This document shows, one piece after another, positions 1 through 10,778 of a stretch of 64,000 bases of DNA. Below the pieces are notes generated by a model that saw only the letters and a program-made list of their open reading frames with translations, was not told the DNA's origin and did not search any database. The translations under genes and the position numbers were made by a program. The DNA comes from Candidatus Omnitrophota bacterium (GTDB lineage: Bacteria; Omnitrophota; Gorgyraeia; Gygaellales; JBFMHM01), in the NCBI GenBank assembly GCA_040753015.1, contig JBFMHM010000001.1, forward strand, positions 275,157 through 339,156, written 5' to 3'. Position 1 is the first letter of the stretch, and each line of letters starts with the position of its first letter.

Positions 1-201
1 ACGCAAACACTTCTGGGCAGTTGTTGCACGGCTAAAACCAGAAATTTTACCCATAAACTCATTCTTAAATTGACTCATGCCTGCGGATGTAAAAAGTACG
101 GTTTGATCATCGTAAGGGATTAATGATGCTGAGGCGATAACCTTATGTTTCTTTGATTTAAAGAAATTTATAAATTTCTTACGCAAGATATCTGTCTTCA
201 T
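1..201 (-). CDS. alaS: Alanine--tRNA ligase, 5' part (runs off window)
   Basis: Manual translation [19 protein letters not shown]...[12 protein letters not shown]...[10 protein letters not shown] matches AlaRS N-terminal motifs; follows recA. Confidence 0.95.
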   Translation of the reverse strand, partial: MKTDILRKKFINFFKSKKHKVIASASLIPYDDQTVLFTSAGMSQFKNEFMGKISGFSRATTAQKCLR

Positions 202-218
202 TATCTAATAATCTAGAT

Positions 219-1238
219 TTATTTTACCAAACATTTTTCTTTAACTTCTTTTTCAATCCCTAATAAAACATTTGGATTTTGTTTTAAAAACTGCCGCGCC
301 TGCTCCCTGCCCTGGCCAATCTTTTCATTATTATGAGTAATCCATGTGCCTGATTTCTGTAAAATTCCCTTTGTAACCGCCATATCAAGCAAGCCTCCAG
401 CACGAGAAATGCCTTCATCAAAAAGAATTTCAAATTCTGCTTCTTTAAATGGCGGGGCAACTTTATTTTTTACTACCTTTGCCTTGACGCGCGAACCAAT
501 TACATTATCGCCTTCTTTTATCGCGGCAATCCTGCGTAAATCAAGCCTTACTGAAGAGTAAAATTTTAACGCCCTGCCGCCAGGAGTTGTTTCTGGATTA
601 CCAAAAAATACCCCAATTTTCTCACGTATCTGGTTAATAAAGATAACGCATGTTCTTGATTTATTAATACATGCTGTTAATTTACGTAAAGCTTGTGACA
701 TAAGGCGAGCCTGCAACCCTATCTGGGCCTGCCCCATTTCACCTTCGATTTCTGCTTGAGGAGTAAGCGCAGCAACTGAATCAACAACAATTAAATCAAC
801 AGCATTAGAACGCACTAATGTTTCAGTAATCTCTAAGGCCTGCTCGCCAGTATCCGGCTGGGAAATAAGCAACTCTTCTAAATTTATGCCTATTTTTTTA
901 GCATAACTGGCGTCAAATGCATGCTCTGCGTCAATAAAAGCCGCCACGCCGCCCTTCTTCTGAACTTCGCAAATAATACTTAGAGTTAACGTCGTTTTTC
1001 CTGATGCCTCTGGCCCAAAAATTTCAATAACCCTGCCGCGCGGAATACCTCCTACGCCTAAAGCAAAATCTAGAGCAATAGAACCTGTAGGAATCACATC
1101 AACGTCTAAATGGGTTTGAGTATCCATTTTCATAATAGAGCCCTTGCCAAATTGCTTTTCAATCTGAGCTAAAGCCAACTCTAGGGCCTTTTGCCTTTGA
1201 TTAATTTCTTCTTTTTTCTTTTCTTTATCTTGTGCCAT
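219..1238 (-). CDS. recA: Recombinase RecA
   Basis: GPEASGKTT Walker [22 protein letters not shown]; SD AGGAGGT. Confidence 0.99.
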   Translation of the reverse strand: MAQDKEKKKEEINQRQKALELALAQIEKQFGKGSIMKMDTQTHLDVDVIPTGSIALDFALGVGGIPRGRVIEIFGPEASGKTTLTLSIICEVQKKGGVAAFIDAEHAFDASYAKKIGINLEELLISQPDTGEQALEITETLVRSNAVDLIVVDSVAALTPQAEIEGEMGQAQIGLQARLMSQALRKLTACINKSRTCVIFINQIREKIGVFFGNPETTPGGRALKFYSSVRLDLRRIAAIKEGDNVIGSRVKAKVVKNKVAPPFKEAEFEILFDEGISRAGGLLDMAVTKGILQKSGTWITHNNEKIGQGREQARQFLKQNPNVLLGIEKEVKEKCLVK

Positions 1239-1283
1239 GAAAATACCTCCTTATGAATTTTTAACTCTTAGAAATGTTAGTAT

Positions 1284-1334
1284 ATTATACAAATAAACCC
1301 TTATCTTGACAAGCACTTTAACTTATGCTATTTT
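1284..1334. promoter_or_regulatory. Overlapping divergent sigma70 promoters (recA / GGDEF gene)
   Basis: Minus: TTGTCA(1312-1307)-17-TATAAT(1289-1284). Plus: TTGACA(1306-1311)-17-TATTTT(1329-1334) with TGn extension. Confidence 0.6.
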
Positions 1335-2518
1335 TACATAATATGGATGAATTAATAAATAACCAAAAAAATCTTGAATTAGAACTCCAAAGAATAAAAA
1401 ACGAGCTTGTCATACTCTATGAAGTTTCTAATGCGATGCTTACCACTCTAAAGCTCGAAGAAATCCTCTACATTACCTTAACTGGTATTACTGCACATTC
1501 CGGCCTTGGCTTTAACCGTGCAATGCTTTTCTTAATTGACGAAAAAAATAACATACTTGAAGGCAGAATGGGCATTGGCCCGGATAATGCTGAAGAAGCT
1601 GGGCATATTTGGCATCAAATAGAATCGCAAAAATTAGACTTAGAAGACCTTATTAATAATTTTCGTAGTTCTAATCCTCTCGGAAAAAGCCATCTGAATC
1701 ATACTATAAAACATATTAGAGTACCATTAAGCCAAGAAGAAGGCGGAATATTAGCCCTAGCATTGCTAGATGGTATGCCGTTACATGTAACAAAAGAATT
1801 ATTTAATCTAAGAGAAAATGACCCTTTGCTTCACACGATACATTCACAAGATTTTGTTACTGCCCCCCTAAAATCAAAAGATAAAACTATCGGCTTGATC
1901 GTTGCCGATAACATGTTCACAAAAAAACCAATAACAAAAGATGATATTCGTCTTTTAACAATGCTTACAAACCAAGCAGCCCTTGCAATTGAAAACTCAC
2001 GCCTCTACGAACAAACATTAATACATGCGCATACTGATTCATTAACCAATTTATGGAATCATGGATTCTTTCAAGACAAGTTAGAAGAAAAATTATCTGA
2101 AGCTGAAAACAGAAACTCCCCACTTAGTATACTTATGATTGATTTAGATGATTTTAAACCCTATAATGACAAACTTGGGCATCAAAAAGGCGATCAATTA
2201 CTAGTTAAAATTGCTACTATCATAAAAGAAACTTTCAGAAGAGAAGACTTTGTTTGCCGATATGGTGGAGAAGAATTTGTAATAATAATGCCGGATACTC
2301 ATAAAAGCAAGGCCTATGAATTTGCCGAGAACATAAGAAAGATAATTGCAGATTACCCTTTGCCGCACGAAGACATTCTGCCCGGGAAAAAACAGACTAT
2401 AAGTATCGGCATCGCAACCTGCCCTGAAGATGGACAACACAAATCTACATTAATAGATCATGCTGATAGGGCATTGTATGAGGCAAAAAGAAAAGGAAAA
2501 AATAGAATATACGGTTAG
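1325..2518 (+). CDS. GAF-domain diguanylate cyclase (start may be ATG 1343)
   Basis: TDSLTNLWNH, DLDDFKPYND, RYGGEEF with RxxD I-site (RRED); GAF-like AALAIENSRLY. Confidence 0.93.
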   Translation: MLFLHNMDELINNQKNLELELQRIKNELVILYEVSNAMLTTLKLEEILYITLTGITAHSGLGFNRAMLFLIDEKNNILEGRMGIGPDNAEEAGHIWHQIESQKLDLEDLINNFRSSNPLGKSHLNHTIKHIRVPLSQEEGGILALALLDGMPLHVTKELFNLRENDPLLHTIHSQDFVTAPLKSKDKTIGLIVADNMFTKKPITKDDIRLLTMLTNQAALAIENSRLYEQTLIHAHTDSLTNLWNHGFFQDKLEEKLSEAENRNSPLSILMIDLDDFKPYNDKLGHQKGDQLLVKIATIIKETFRREDFVCRYGGEEFVIIMPDTHKSKAYEFAENIRKIIADYPLPHEDILPGKKQTISIGIATCPEDGQHKSTLIDHADRALYEAKRKGKNRIYG

Positions 2519-5500
2519 TTTGATACCATAACTTCTTCTTTAGCCGTATCTTCTTTGTTTATTTCGTCTGTTGCTAAAGCCTTCGAAAGCTTTACTGAAA
2601 CAATCCTTGAAACACCCTGTTCCTGCATAGTAATTCCATACATAACATTGGCGTTTGCCATTGTTTTCTTGTTATGGGTAATAACGATAAATTGTGATTC
2701 TTTCGTAAATTCTTGAAGAACCCTTGAGAACCGATCAACATTTGCCTCATCTAAAGGAGCATCAATTTCATCTAACACGCAAAATGGCGAAGGCTTCACT
2801 TTAAATATCGCGAACATAAGCGCAGTTGCCGAAAGCGCCTTTTCTCCGCCCGAAAGAAGCAGAATATTTTGTAATTTCTTGCCTGGTGGACGGCAAATAA
2901 TTTCAATACCCGAATCTAAAGGATTATTCTCATCAATTAAGAATACGCTTGCATCTCCACCATTAAAAAGATACTTAAAATAATTTTTAAACTCTTCAGC
3001 TATTTTATCAAATGTCTCAACAAATATCTTTCTAGTTGTGCGATTAATTTTTGCTATAGCTTCTTGAATTGAATCTTTTGCTTTTACTAAATCATCCTGT
3101 TGAGCCAATAGGAACTCAAAACGTTTTTTCAATTCATCGAATTCTTCGATTGTAGAAATACTTGCACCTTCGTAACGTTGTAATTTTGATTTTAAATTAT
3201 TGATATTATCGCAAATCGAACTTTCATCGATATCCTCTGCCTGTTTCACATCTGAATTAATATTCTCCCTATAAAGCTGCTGCATCTTATCTAATAGGTT
3301 TAACTTTTGGAATTCGAATGTCTTTTGGCCCATCTCAACCTTATGTATATTATTTTTTAAATCTTCGATTTTTATAACTAACTTTTCTTTATCGGCTTGA
3401 GAGTTTCTAAAATCAATTTCTAGGCAATTAAATTCTTCTTTGATAATTATAAATCCTGAATCTATCTCCTGTTTTTGCGCTAAATTATTTTTAATCTTTA
3501 TTTCTAATTCTTGTATTAATCTATTAAAGTCTTCGAGTTTATTATTAGAATCGTTCTCCTCATTCGTATAACGGTTAAGACTTTCTATATCATTATTATA
3601 AGTAACTTCAAGCATGCTAAGCGCATCTTTTTGAGAATTTAATTTATCTTCAAGCCCGTCAAATTCAGTTTTGTCTTGGGTAATTGATATAAGCAATTCT
3701 TCTTTTGAATACAGCTTCTCTTGTAAAATAATCTGATAATCGCTAATTAATTTATTAGAATTTACTAAAGATTCATCCAGCTGTTTTAGTTTAATATTCG
3801 CATCGTTATTTCTTGTATTAAGGTTCTTCAATTCTTCGCTTAAATCTTCGATTTCAAAAGCAACAATCTCTCCTTCTTGTTTTAGTTTATTCAATTCAAG
3901 CTCTATGCCTTCAAGCCTTGTACTTAAATTCGCTACCTCTATACCTTGAGATTGAATATCTCTATCTAACTGCCTGATTTGTACTTGTTTTGCCTCAGTC
4001 AAACTTTTTTTATCTAAAATTAAGTTTTTTGTGTTATTTATAAAATTGGTTATTTCTTCAATTCTATTAGTAATCGATTCTGTTTCAAGGGGTATTGGCT
4101 TGGCATCACAATGAAGCAGATAATTAAAATTTTGGAAATCTTGTTTAACATTACCACTTAAATTCTCTGTATTATTTACACGCGCCAAAATCCCAGTAAT
4201 ACCGCTTGGTAAATCCTGTACTAAAATTACAGCGTTTAACTTCTGCTCTAGGCCTTCATATTCTGTTTTAAGTTTTTCGATAAATTCCCGCTGTGACTCC
4301 AATTTTATTTTTTGATTTTCTAAATCCTGGCAAGATTTATTTAAGGAGATGAGTTCATCGCTTAATTTTGTAAGCTCATCTTGCATGTTCTGCCTATCTG
4401 TGTTTAAAATATCAAACCGTGACTTAGACTGTGTTAATAATGAATTCAAATCATTGTAGCTCTGCTCAACAACTGCCTTTTCCTGATTAGTTTTTTCATT
4501 CTCAAGCTCGAGCCTTTTTTTACGTACATTTATATTCTGGATTCCGACATTAATTTCTATAATTGAATTTTTAAGCCTGCTTAATTCGGTAGTCAAATCT
4601 AAAATATTAGTTTTTTCCTGAATAATATTTTTTTCTGTCGATTTAATCACCTCTATCGTTTCTTTTAGTAAGCCTTCCTTTTTATTTATCTCTTCCTTAA
4701 GCAATAAAAATAAATTTTGAGTATGTTCAACTTGAGACTTATGCTCATCGACTTTTATCTGGCCATCTTTAATCCTAGTATCAAGCTCACTTTTTAGCTT
4801 CACCAGACTTTTTAACCTCACAGCTATTTCTTTAATTCTTTCTTTTGTAATATCCATATGTTGTAAATCGTTTTTGATACTATTTTCTAAAATCACTAAT
4901 TGATCTTTTGTCTGATTAATCTTGGCCTCTCCAAAAGATAACTTCTCTTTCTTATCTATTAAAGCTGCATCTAAAGCGGCTAATTCGTCCTGGCACAAAC
5001 TTAAAGTTTCGCTTTCTTTTGAATAATTTTTTGTTAAAAGTTCCAACTCTTTATTAATCTTTGCTATCTGAAAATTCGCAAGGCTTATTTCTGCCTGCTT
5101 TAATTCATCAAATATTTCCTTATAACGGCGGGCTTTGGTTGCCTGGCGCTCTAAAGAATCAATCTGGCGTTTTACCTCTAGAATTATATCGTTAATTCTA
5201 ACTAAATTTTGCTCTGTATCTTCTAATTTATTCAAAGCCTCTCTTTTCTGAGATTTATATTTAGTTATCCCGCTTGCTTCATCAAAAATCAAACGCCTAT
5301 CTTCAGGCCGCGAACTTAATATCAAATCCATCTTACCTTGTTCAACTAAAGAGTAGCTCTCGGCACCAATACCTGTGCCCATAAATAACTCTACGATATC
5401 TTTAAGGCGCACTAATGCTTTATTTATAAAATATTCGCTATCGCCTGAACGGTAGAGCCGCCGAGTAACTGTTACATCAGTTTCTTCAAGCGGCAAAATC

Positions 5501-5766
5501 TTCTTTTCATTAGAGAATGTAAGGTTTACTTCGGCAAATCCGACTGGTGGCCGTAAATCAGTTCCGCTAAAAATTACATCTTCCATTTTTGACCCACGCA
5601 TTGATTTAACAGACTGTTCACCTAACACCCAGCGGATACTATCAAATATATTTGATTTTCCGCATCCATTGGGCCCAACAACAGCAGTAATACCCGGTTC
5701 GAAATGAAGCGCGGTCTTTTCTGCAAAAGATTTAAAACCTAAAATTTCAAGTTTTTTTAAATACAT
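2515..5766 (-). CDS. smc: Chromosome segregation protein SMC
   Basis: GPNGCGKSN, LLSGGEKAL, LDEIDAPLD, long coiled coils. Confidence 0.97.
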   Translation of the reverse strand: MYLKKLEILGFKSFAEKTALHFEPGITAVVGPNGCGKSNIFDSIRWVLGEQSVKSMRGSKMEDVIFSGTDLRPPVGFAEVNLTFSNEKKILPLEETDVTVTRRLYRSGDSEYFINKALVRLKDIVELFMGTGIGAESYSLVEQGKMDLILSSRPEDRRLIFDEASGITKYKSQKREALNKLEDTEQNLVRINDIILEVKRQIDSLERQATKARRYKEIFDELKQAEISLANFQIAKINKELELLTKNYSKESETLSLCQDELAALDAALIDKKEKLSFGEAKINQTKDQLVILENSIKNDLQHMDITKERIKEIAVRLKSLVKLKSELDTRIKDGQIKVDEHKSQVEHTQNLFLLLKEEINKKEGLLKETIEVIKSTEKNIIQEKTNILDLTTELSRLKNSIIEINVGIQNINVRKKRLELENEKTNQEKAVVEQSYNDLNSLLTQSKSRFDILNTDRQNMQDELTKLSDELISLNKSCQDLENQKIKLESQREFIEKLKTEYEGLEQKLNAVILVQDLPSGITGILARVNNTENLSGNVKQDFQNFNYLLHCDAKPIPLETESITNRIEEITNFINNTKNLILDKKSLTEAKQVQIRQLDRDIQSQGIEVANLSTRLEGIELELNKLKQEGEIVAFEIEDLSEELKNLNTRNNDANIKLKQLDESLVNSNKLISDYQIILQEKLYSKEELLISITQDKTEFDGLEDKLNSQKDALSMLEVTYNNDIESLNRYTNEENDSNNKLEDFNRLIQELEIKIKNNLAQKQEIDSGFIIIKEEFNCLEIDFRNSQADKEKLVIKIEDLKNNIHKVEMGQKTFEFQKLNLLDKMQQLYRENINSDVKQAEDIDESSICDNINNLKSKLQRYEGASISTIEEFDELKKRFEFLLAQQDDLVKAKDSIQEAIAKINRTTRKIFVETFDKIAEEFKNYFKYLFNGGDASVFLIDENNPLDSGIEIICRPPGKKLQNILLLSGGEKALSATALMFAIFKVKPSPFCVLDEIDAPLDEANVDRFSRVLQEFTKESQFIVITHNKKTMANANVMYGITMQEQGVSRIVSVKLSKALATDEINKEDTAKEEVMVSN

Positions 5767-7016
5767 TATTGACGGGCTTTTTTAAATTCTTCTGTTAATT
5801 TAGGAATAATCTCAAATAAATCACCTACAATACCATACGTTGCAACATTAAAAATTGGGGCATAAGGATCTGAATTAATTGCAATAATAATTTTTGACGA
5901 CTGCATACCGACTAAATGCTGAATTTGGCCAGATATACCACAGGCAAAATAAATCTTTGGGCACACGGTTTTACCGGTTTGCCCTACCTGATGAGAATAA
6001 CCCAACCATCCGCTATCTACTGCTGAGCGCGATGCACCAACCGCTCCTCCCAAGACTCTTGCTAACTCTTCTAGTAGGATAAAATTTTCTTTTGCCTTCA
6101 TACCTCTGCCGCCAGAAACAATAATATCAGCTTCGGCAATATTTACAGTAGATGATATCTCCTCTACAAACTGCAAAACATTAGTGCGCGAAAACAAAGC
6201 ATCATCATTAAGCTTTTCTCTAATAATTTTGCCTTTACGATTTTTATCTATCCCGGCCTCTTTCATTACTTTATGCCGCACCGTTGCCATTTGTGGACGG
6301 TGGTTTGGACAAATAATTGTTGCCATAATATTCCCGCCAAAAGCCGGGCGGGTTTGGAGCAGAAGTCTTTTCTCTTTATCAACATCAAGGCCTGTACAAT
6401 CAGCAGTTAAACCAGCATTAACAATTACGGCAATACGCGCCATAAGAGACCTGCCAATTGTAGTTGCACCGCTCAAAAAAATTTCCGGCTTATATTTCTC
6501 TATCAATTTAACTATGATTTTTGTATATGCTTCATCGCAAAAACTAGCTAATTTCGCATCTTCAACTAAATACACATTATCAGCACCGCGCTGGAATAAT
6601 TCAGCTGCCTGATTCTCAACATTATCACCTAGCAATACAGCAGAAACCTCTGTATTTAAATCTTTGGCAAGATCTTTTGCTTTTGCTAAAAGCTCAAATG
6701 CCACCGATTGAACTTTACCTTTTTTCTGCTCAGCAAAAACCCAAACACCCTTATAATCTTCTAATTTAATTTTCTTAATAATAGATTCTTTTTTATCTAA
6801 CCTAATTGCTCCAAATTTACAAGATTCTAGGCAAGCTCCGCATAAGTTGCATTTATCCAAATCAATTACTGCCTTTTTACCTACAGCTTCGCCGCGCCCA
6901 AAGGCGTCGACGCAGGCGCGAGGCGAGTCAACAAGCTTAATTGCTCCAAAAGGACAAACCTTGATACATAAAGAACACCCTACGCATTTATCTAATATAA
7001 CGCTAATCATCCGCAA
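5766..7016 (-). CDS. etfA: Electron transfer flavoprotein alpha subunit with N-terminal 2x[4Fe-4S] domain
   Basis: CxxCxxCxxxCP and CxxCxxCxxxC; GLTADCT, QVGQTGK, GISGQIQH. Confidence 0.95.
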   Translation of the reverse strand: MRMISVILDKCVGCSLCIKVCPFGAIKLVDSPRACVDAFGRGEAVGKKAVIDLDKCNLCGACLESCKFGAIRLDKKESIIKKIKLEDYKGVWVFAEQKKGKVQSVAFELLAKAKDLAKDLNTEVSAVLLGDNVENQAAELFQRGADNVYLVEDAKLASFCDEAYTKIIVKLIEKYKPEIFLSGATTIGRSLMARIAVIVNAGLTADCTGLDVDKEKRLLLQTRPAFGGNIMATIICPNHRPQMATVRHKVMKEAGIDKNRKGKIIREKLNDDALFSRTNVLQFVEEISSTVNIAEADIIVSGGRGMKAKENFILLEELARVLGGAVGASRSAVDSGWLGYSHQVGQTGKTVCPKIYFACGISGQIQHLVGMQSSKIIIAINSDPYAPIFNVATYGIVGDLFEIIPKLTEEFKKARQ

Positions 7017-7789
7017 ATATCTCCTTTTAGAGAATTAACTAAATTACGCACTATTTCCTCTGTTGTCCCTTCAAGTAATTTACCTTTTTCTTTCGGCGGC
7101 GGCGTGAATATCTTTACAACTTTTGTAGGTGATCCGTTTAAACCAATATCTGCCTCATTAAGCTCTAAATCCTTATAAGTCCACTGTGTAATAACTGCTT
7201 TCTTTGCGCGCATCATATTCTTCAAAGATGCCAATCGTGGTTCGTTAATTTCTTTGACCACGGTAATTAACACTGGCAGGCTAGATTCAATAATATCAAA
7301 ACCCTCTTCCATTAATCGCTCTACCTTAATTTGGCCATTAATAATACTTTCAATCTTTCTTACATAGGTAACCTGTGGAATGTCTAAATGCGCTGAAATT
7401 CCCGGGCCAACTTGGGCCGTGTCGCCATCGCTTGCCTGCTTGCCGCAAATAATAATATCAAACCCAGATTTTTTAATCGCACTAGCCAAAGTAAAACTGG
7501 TTGCCCAAGTATCAGATCCAGCAAAGGCACGATCACAAACGAGTATTGCATTATCTATACCAAGGCTTAACGCCTGACGAAGAGCTTCGGCTGCTTGGGG
7601 CGGCCCCATACTAATTGCTGTAGTTTCACCGCCAAAACGCTCTTTCAAACGTAATGCCTCTTCTATTGCATACATATCAAAAGGATTAATTATTGACTGA
7701 ACCCCTTCCCGAACCAAAGTATTTGTCTCGGGATTAATTTTTACTTCTGTTGTCTCTGGAACTTGTTTTATACAAACTACTATTTTCAT
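7007..7789 (-). CDS. etfB: Electron transfer flavoprotein beta subunit
   Basis: MKIVVCIKQVP, GSDTWATS, GKQASDGDTAQVGP. Confidence 0.96.
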   Translation of the reverse strand: MKIVVCIKQVPETTEVKINPETNTLVREGVQSIINPFDMYAIEEALRLKERFGGETTAISMGPPQAAEALRQALSLGIDNAILVCDRAFAGSDTWATSFTLASAIKKSGFDIIICGKQASDGDTAQVGPGISAHLDIPQVTYVRKIESIINGQIKVERLMEEGFDIIESSLPVLITVVKEINEPRLASLKNMMRAKKAVITQWTYKDLELNEADIGLNGSPTKVVKIFTPPPKEKGKLLEGTTEEIVRNLVNSLKGDICG

Positions 7790-7792
7790 ATA

Positions 7793-8947
7793 TTATTTCT
7801 TCTTACTCTCTTTTATTAAACCTAACGCAATAATATTCCTTTGAATCTGATTTGTACCCTCATAAATTTGGGTAATTTTTGCATCACGCATAAATTTTTC
7901 TGCAGGGTACTCTTTCATATAACCATAACCACCCAAAATCTGCACAGCATCCGTTGTCACTTCCATCGCAACATCAGAAGCAAAAAGTTTTGCCATTGCA
8001 CTTTCTTTAGCAACATCCTTACTGCCAGAATCGATCGCCCGTGCGCAAGAATATACTAATGCACGCGCTGCTTCTGTTTTTGTTGCCATATCTGCAAGCA
8101 TAAATTGTATGCCTTGAAAACTTGAGATCGCCTTACCAAATTGCTTTCTTTCGTTAGCATATTCTATTGCAATATCAATTGCCCCTTGAGCGATGCCTAA
8201 TGCTTGCGCTGCCACACCCGGCCGCGACATATCAAAAGTCTTCATTGTAATAATAAAACCCATACCTTCCTTAGAAAGCAAATTAGCTGCGGGAATTTTA
8301 CAATCAGTAAATATCAACTCTCGCGTAACTGATGCCCTAATCCCAAGCTTGTCTTCTTTTTTGCCGAAGGTGAAACCAGGAGTACCCCGTTCTACAATAA
8401 ATGCTGAAGCGCCTCGAGCTCCTTTTGTTTTATCAGTCATTGCTACAATTGTATAAATATCTGCCTCTCCGCCATTAGTAATAAAATGCTTTGTGCCATT
8501 TAAAACATAGTGATCGCCAACTTTTTTTGCGGTTGTTTGAATTGCTGAAGCATCGGAACCAGCTGCAGGCTCTGTTAAACCAAATGCCGCAATACTTGTA
8601 CCCTTTGCAAGTGGCGGTAAATATTTTTTCTTTTGTTCATCATTGCCAAATAAAATTATAGGAAATGTACCAAGAGCACTTGCTGCATAACACACAGCAA
8701 TACCGCCGCAGGCACGAGAAAGTTCTTCTGTTACAATACATAGATCCATAACGCTTCCGCCCGTACCGCCATATTCAGATGGAACAAACACTGAAAAAAG
8801 ATCTGACTGTGCAAGTATTTTCATAATCGGCCAAGGGAATTCTTCTGTTTTATCATATTCTCCAGCAACCGGCTTAATTTTTTCTCGTGCAATCTCCCTG
8901 CTTAATTCTTGAAGCATTTTTTGTTCTTCTGTTAATAAATAATCCAT
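7793..8947 (-). CDS. Acyl-CoA (butyryl-CoA-type) dehydrogenase
   Basis: FGLTEPAAGSDA, LNGTKHFITNG, QILGGYGY, IYEGTNQIQ. Confidence 0.95.
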   Translation of the reverse strand: MDYLLTEEQKMLQELSREIAREKIKPVAGEYDKTEEFPWPIMKILAQSDLFSVFVPSEYGGTGGSVMDLCIVTEELSRACGGIAVCYAASALGTFPIILFGNDEQKKKYLPPLAKGTSIAAFGLTEPAAGSDASAIQTTAKKVGDHYVLNGTKHFITNGGEADIYTIVAMTDKTKGARGASAFIVERGTPGFTFGKKEDKLGIRASVTRELIFTDCKIPAANLLSKEGMGFIITMKTFDMSRPGVAAQALGIAQGAIDIAIEYANERKQFGKAISSFQGIQFMLADMATKTEAARALVYSCARAIDSGSKDVAKESAMAKLFASDVAMEVTTDAVQILGGYGYMKEYPAEKFMRDAKITQIYEGTNQIQRNIIALGLIKESKKK

Positions 8948-8962
8948 CTCTTCATCTCCTTA

Positions 8963-9415
8963 TTAAAGCTGCTTTGCCAATGCGATCTCATTGCAGTCTG
9001 GGAATTTTGCGCATTTAATGCATTCAACCCAAATCTTATGAGGAAGTGCCTTATGACTGATTTTTTTAAACCCAAACTTTTTAAAAAATTCTGGTTTGTA
9101 AGTTAAAACAAAAATCTTTTTAATCCCTAAATCTTTTGCATCATTAATACATTTAAAAACTAGGTCTTTAGCGATTCCCTGCTTTTGAAACTTTTGATTA
9201 ACAGCCAAAGATTTAATTTCTGCTAAATTATCCCAGCCAATAATGTGGAGTGCCGCACAACCAACTATCCTATCATTTTTCTCTTCTACCCAAAAATCAC
9301 GCAACCCCTGATAAAGCTCATCTAAAGAACGTAAAAGCATTAAATCTTTTTTAGCATAAAAATTAATCAAATTTTGAATTTGTCTTATATCGTTAAGGCG
9401 GGCTTTTCTCAACAT
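8963..9415 (-). CDS. GNAT N-acetyltransferase (short ArgA-like)
   Basis: GCAALH..LAEIKSLAV..QKQGIA; LPHKIWVECIKC. Confidence 0.85.
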   Translation of the reverse strand: MLRKARLNDIRQIQNLINFYAKKDLMLLRSLDELYQGLRDFWVEEKNDRIVGCAALHIIGWDNLAEIKSLAVNQKFQKQGIAKDLVFKCINDAKDLGIKKIFVLTYKPEFFKKFGFKKISHKALPHKIWVECIKCAKFPDCNEIALAKQL

Positions 9416-9416
9416 T

Positions 9417-10010
9417 TCACATTAAACCTAAAATACCTTCGCGGACCAGCATTACAGCAATTGCCGCAAGTAAAATATCAGCAATTTTTGAAAATGCCTG
9501 GCTGCCATCATAACCCATAACTTTGATTATAAAATCAGAGAACCTAAATGAAACGGCACAAATAAATAAATTTAATACAAGAGCGGTAAATGTTGGCACT
9601 ATACCGTATTTATCTAAAATCATTAATGTCATTGTCAGCACTGCTGGGCCTGTAATAAGCGGAGTCCCTAGAGGAAATACACTGATATCCTTATCGGAGC
9701 CGCTGGAAAAAGCATGTTTAGTTTTACCTACTAGAAGCATTTTACCTGCAATCACAAATAAAAGAATACCGCCGGCAATTTGAAAATCAGAATTTGTGAT
9801 ACCTAATACTTTAAAAATTAATCTACCAATAAACATAAATAATATGGCTAAAATACCAGCTGTAGAAATAGATTTTACTATCACCCTGTGCCTTCTCTTA
9901 CTAGATAAACCTTCTGTCAAGGCAATAAACAAAGGCACATTAGCTAACGCGTCCATTGCTACAAAAATCGGAATGAATGCCAATATGTATATCTTAAATG
10001 TTTCAAACAT
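9417..10010 (-). CDS. MarC family membrane protein
   Basis: FQIAGGILLF, VFPLGTPLITGPA. Confidence 0.9.
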   Translation of the reverse strand: MFETFKIYILAFIPIFVAMDALANVPLFIALTEGLSSKRRHRVIVKSISTAGILAILFMFIGRLIFKVLGITNSDFQIAGGILLFVIAGKMLLVGKTKHAFSSGSDKDISVFPLGTPLITGPAVLTMTLMILDKYGIVPTFTALVLNLFICAVSFRFSDFIIKVMGYDGSQAFSKIADILLAAIAVMLVREGILGLM

Positions 10011-10025
10011 AGAAAATATTATATA

Positions 10026-10778
10026 CTAGTTACTTGAAAATGACAAGCAAGAGATTAATTTTTTTGTATAAGCATGTTTTGGGTTATTATAAATATCCTG
10101 GGTCTTGCCTATTTCAACAATCTTTCCCTCATGCATCACCAAAACCCTCGATGACATTATTTCGATCACCCTTAAGTCATGGCTGATAAATAAATATGTA
10201 AGCCCAAACTCTTTTTTTATATTCAATAAAAGGTTTAGAATCTTAACTTGGATTGTTAAATCTAAAGAAGATACCGGCTCATCTAGTACTATAAATTTTG
10301 GAAAAGTGCTTAAGGCACGGGCAATACAAATTCTTTGACGCTCTCCTCCGCTGACTTCGCCCGGCCTTCTTTCTAAAAAATCTTTCCCCAGCCCAACTAA
10401 AGAAAGAAGCTCAACTGCTTTTTTCTTAACATCACCCCTTTCAATCAACCTATGTATCAACGCTCCTTCGGTTACAATATCTAAAATTTTTAATTTAGGA
10501 TTTAGGCTAAGATATGGGTTCTGAAAAATAATCTGCACATCTTTGCGTAAATTATTAATATTATTTGAATATTTAATTAACCCGGATGTAGGTTCAATCA
10601 ACTTTAAGATAACCTTGGCTAAAGTAGTCTTTCCAGAACCAGACTCACCAACTACACCAAGAGTTTCAGACTGCTCTAATAAAAAACTAATATCATCTAT
10701 AGCGCGAGTTTCCCTTTTTTTGCCAAAAAAACTCTCATTATAAAAATATTTTTTTAAATTATCTATTTTTAATAACAT
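10026..10778 (-). CDS. Peptide/nickel ABC transporter ATPase (OppF-like)
   Basis: GESGSGKTT, VSGGERQR, DEPVSSLD. Confidence 0.92.
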   Translation of the reverse strand: MLLKIDNLKKYFYNESFFGKKRETRAIDDISFLLEQSETLGVVGESGSGKTTLAKVILKLIEPTSGLIKYSNNINNLRKDVQIIFQNPYLSLNPKLKILDIVTEGALIHRLIERGDVKKKAVELLSLVGLGKDFLERRPGEVSGGERQRICIARALSTFPKFIVLDEPVSSLDLTIQVKILNLLLNIKKEFGLTYLFISHDLRVIEIMSSRVLVMHEGKIVEIGKTQDIYNNPKHAYTKKLISCLSFSSN

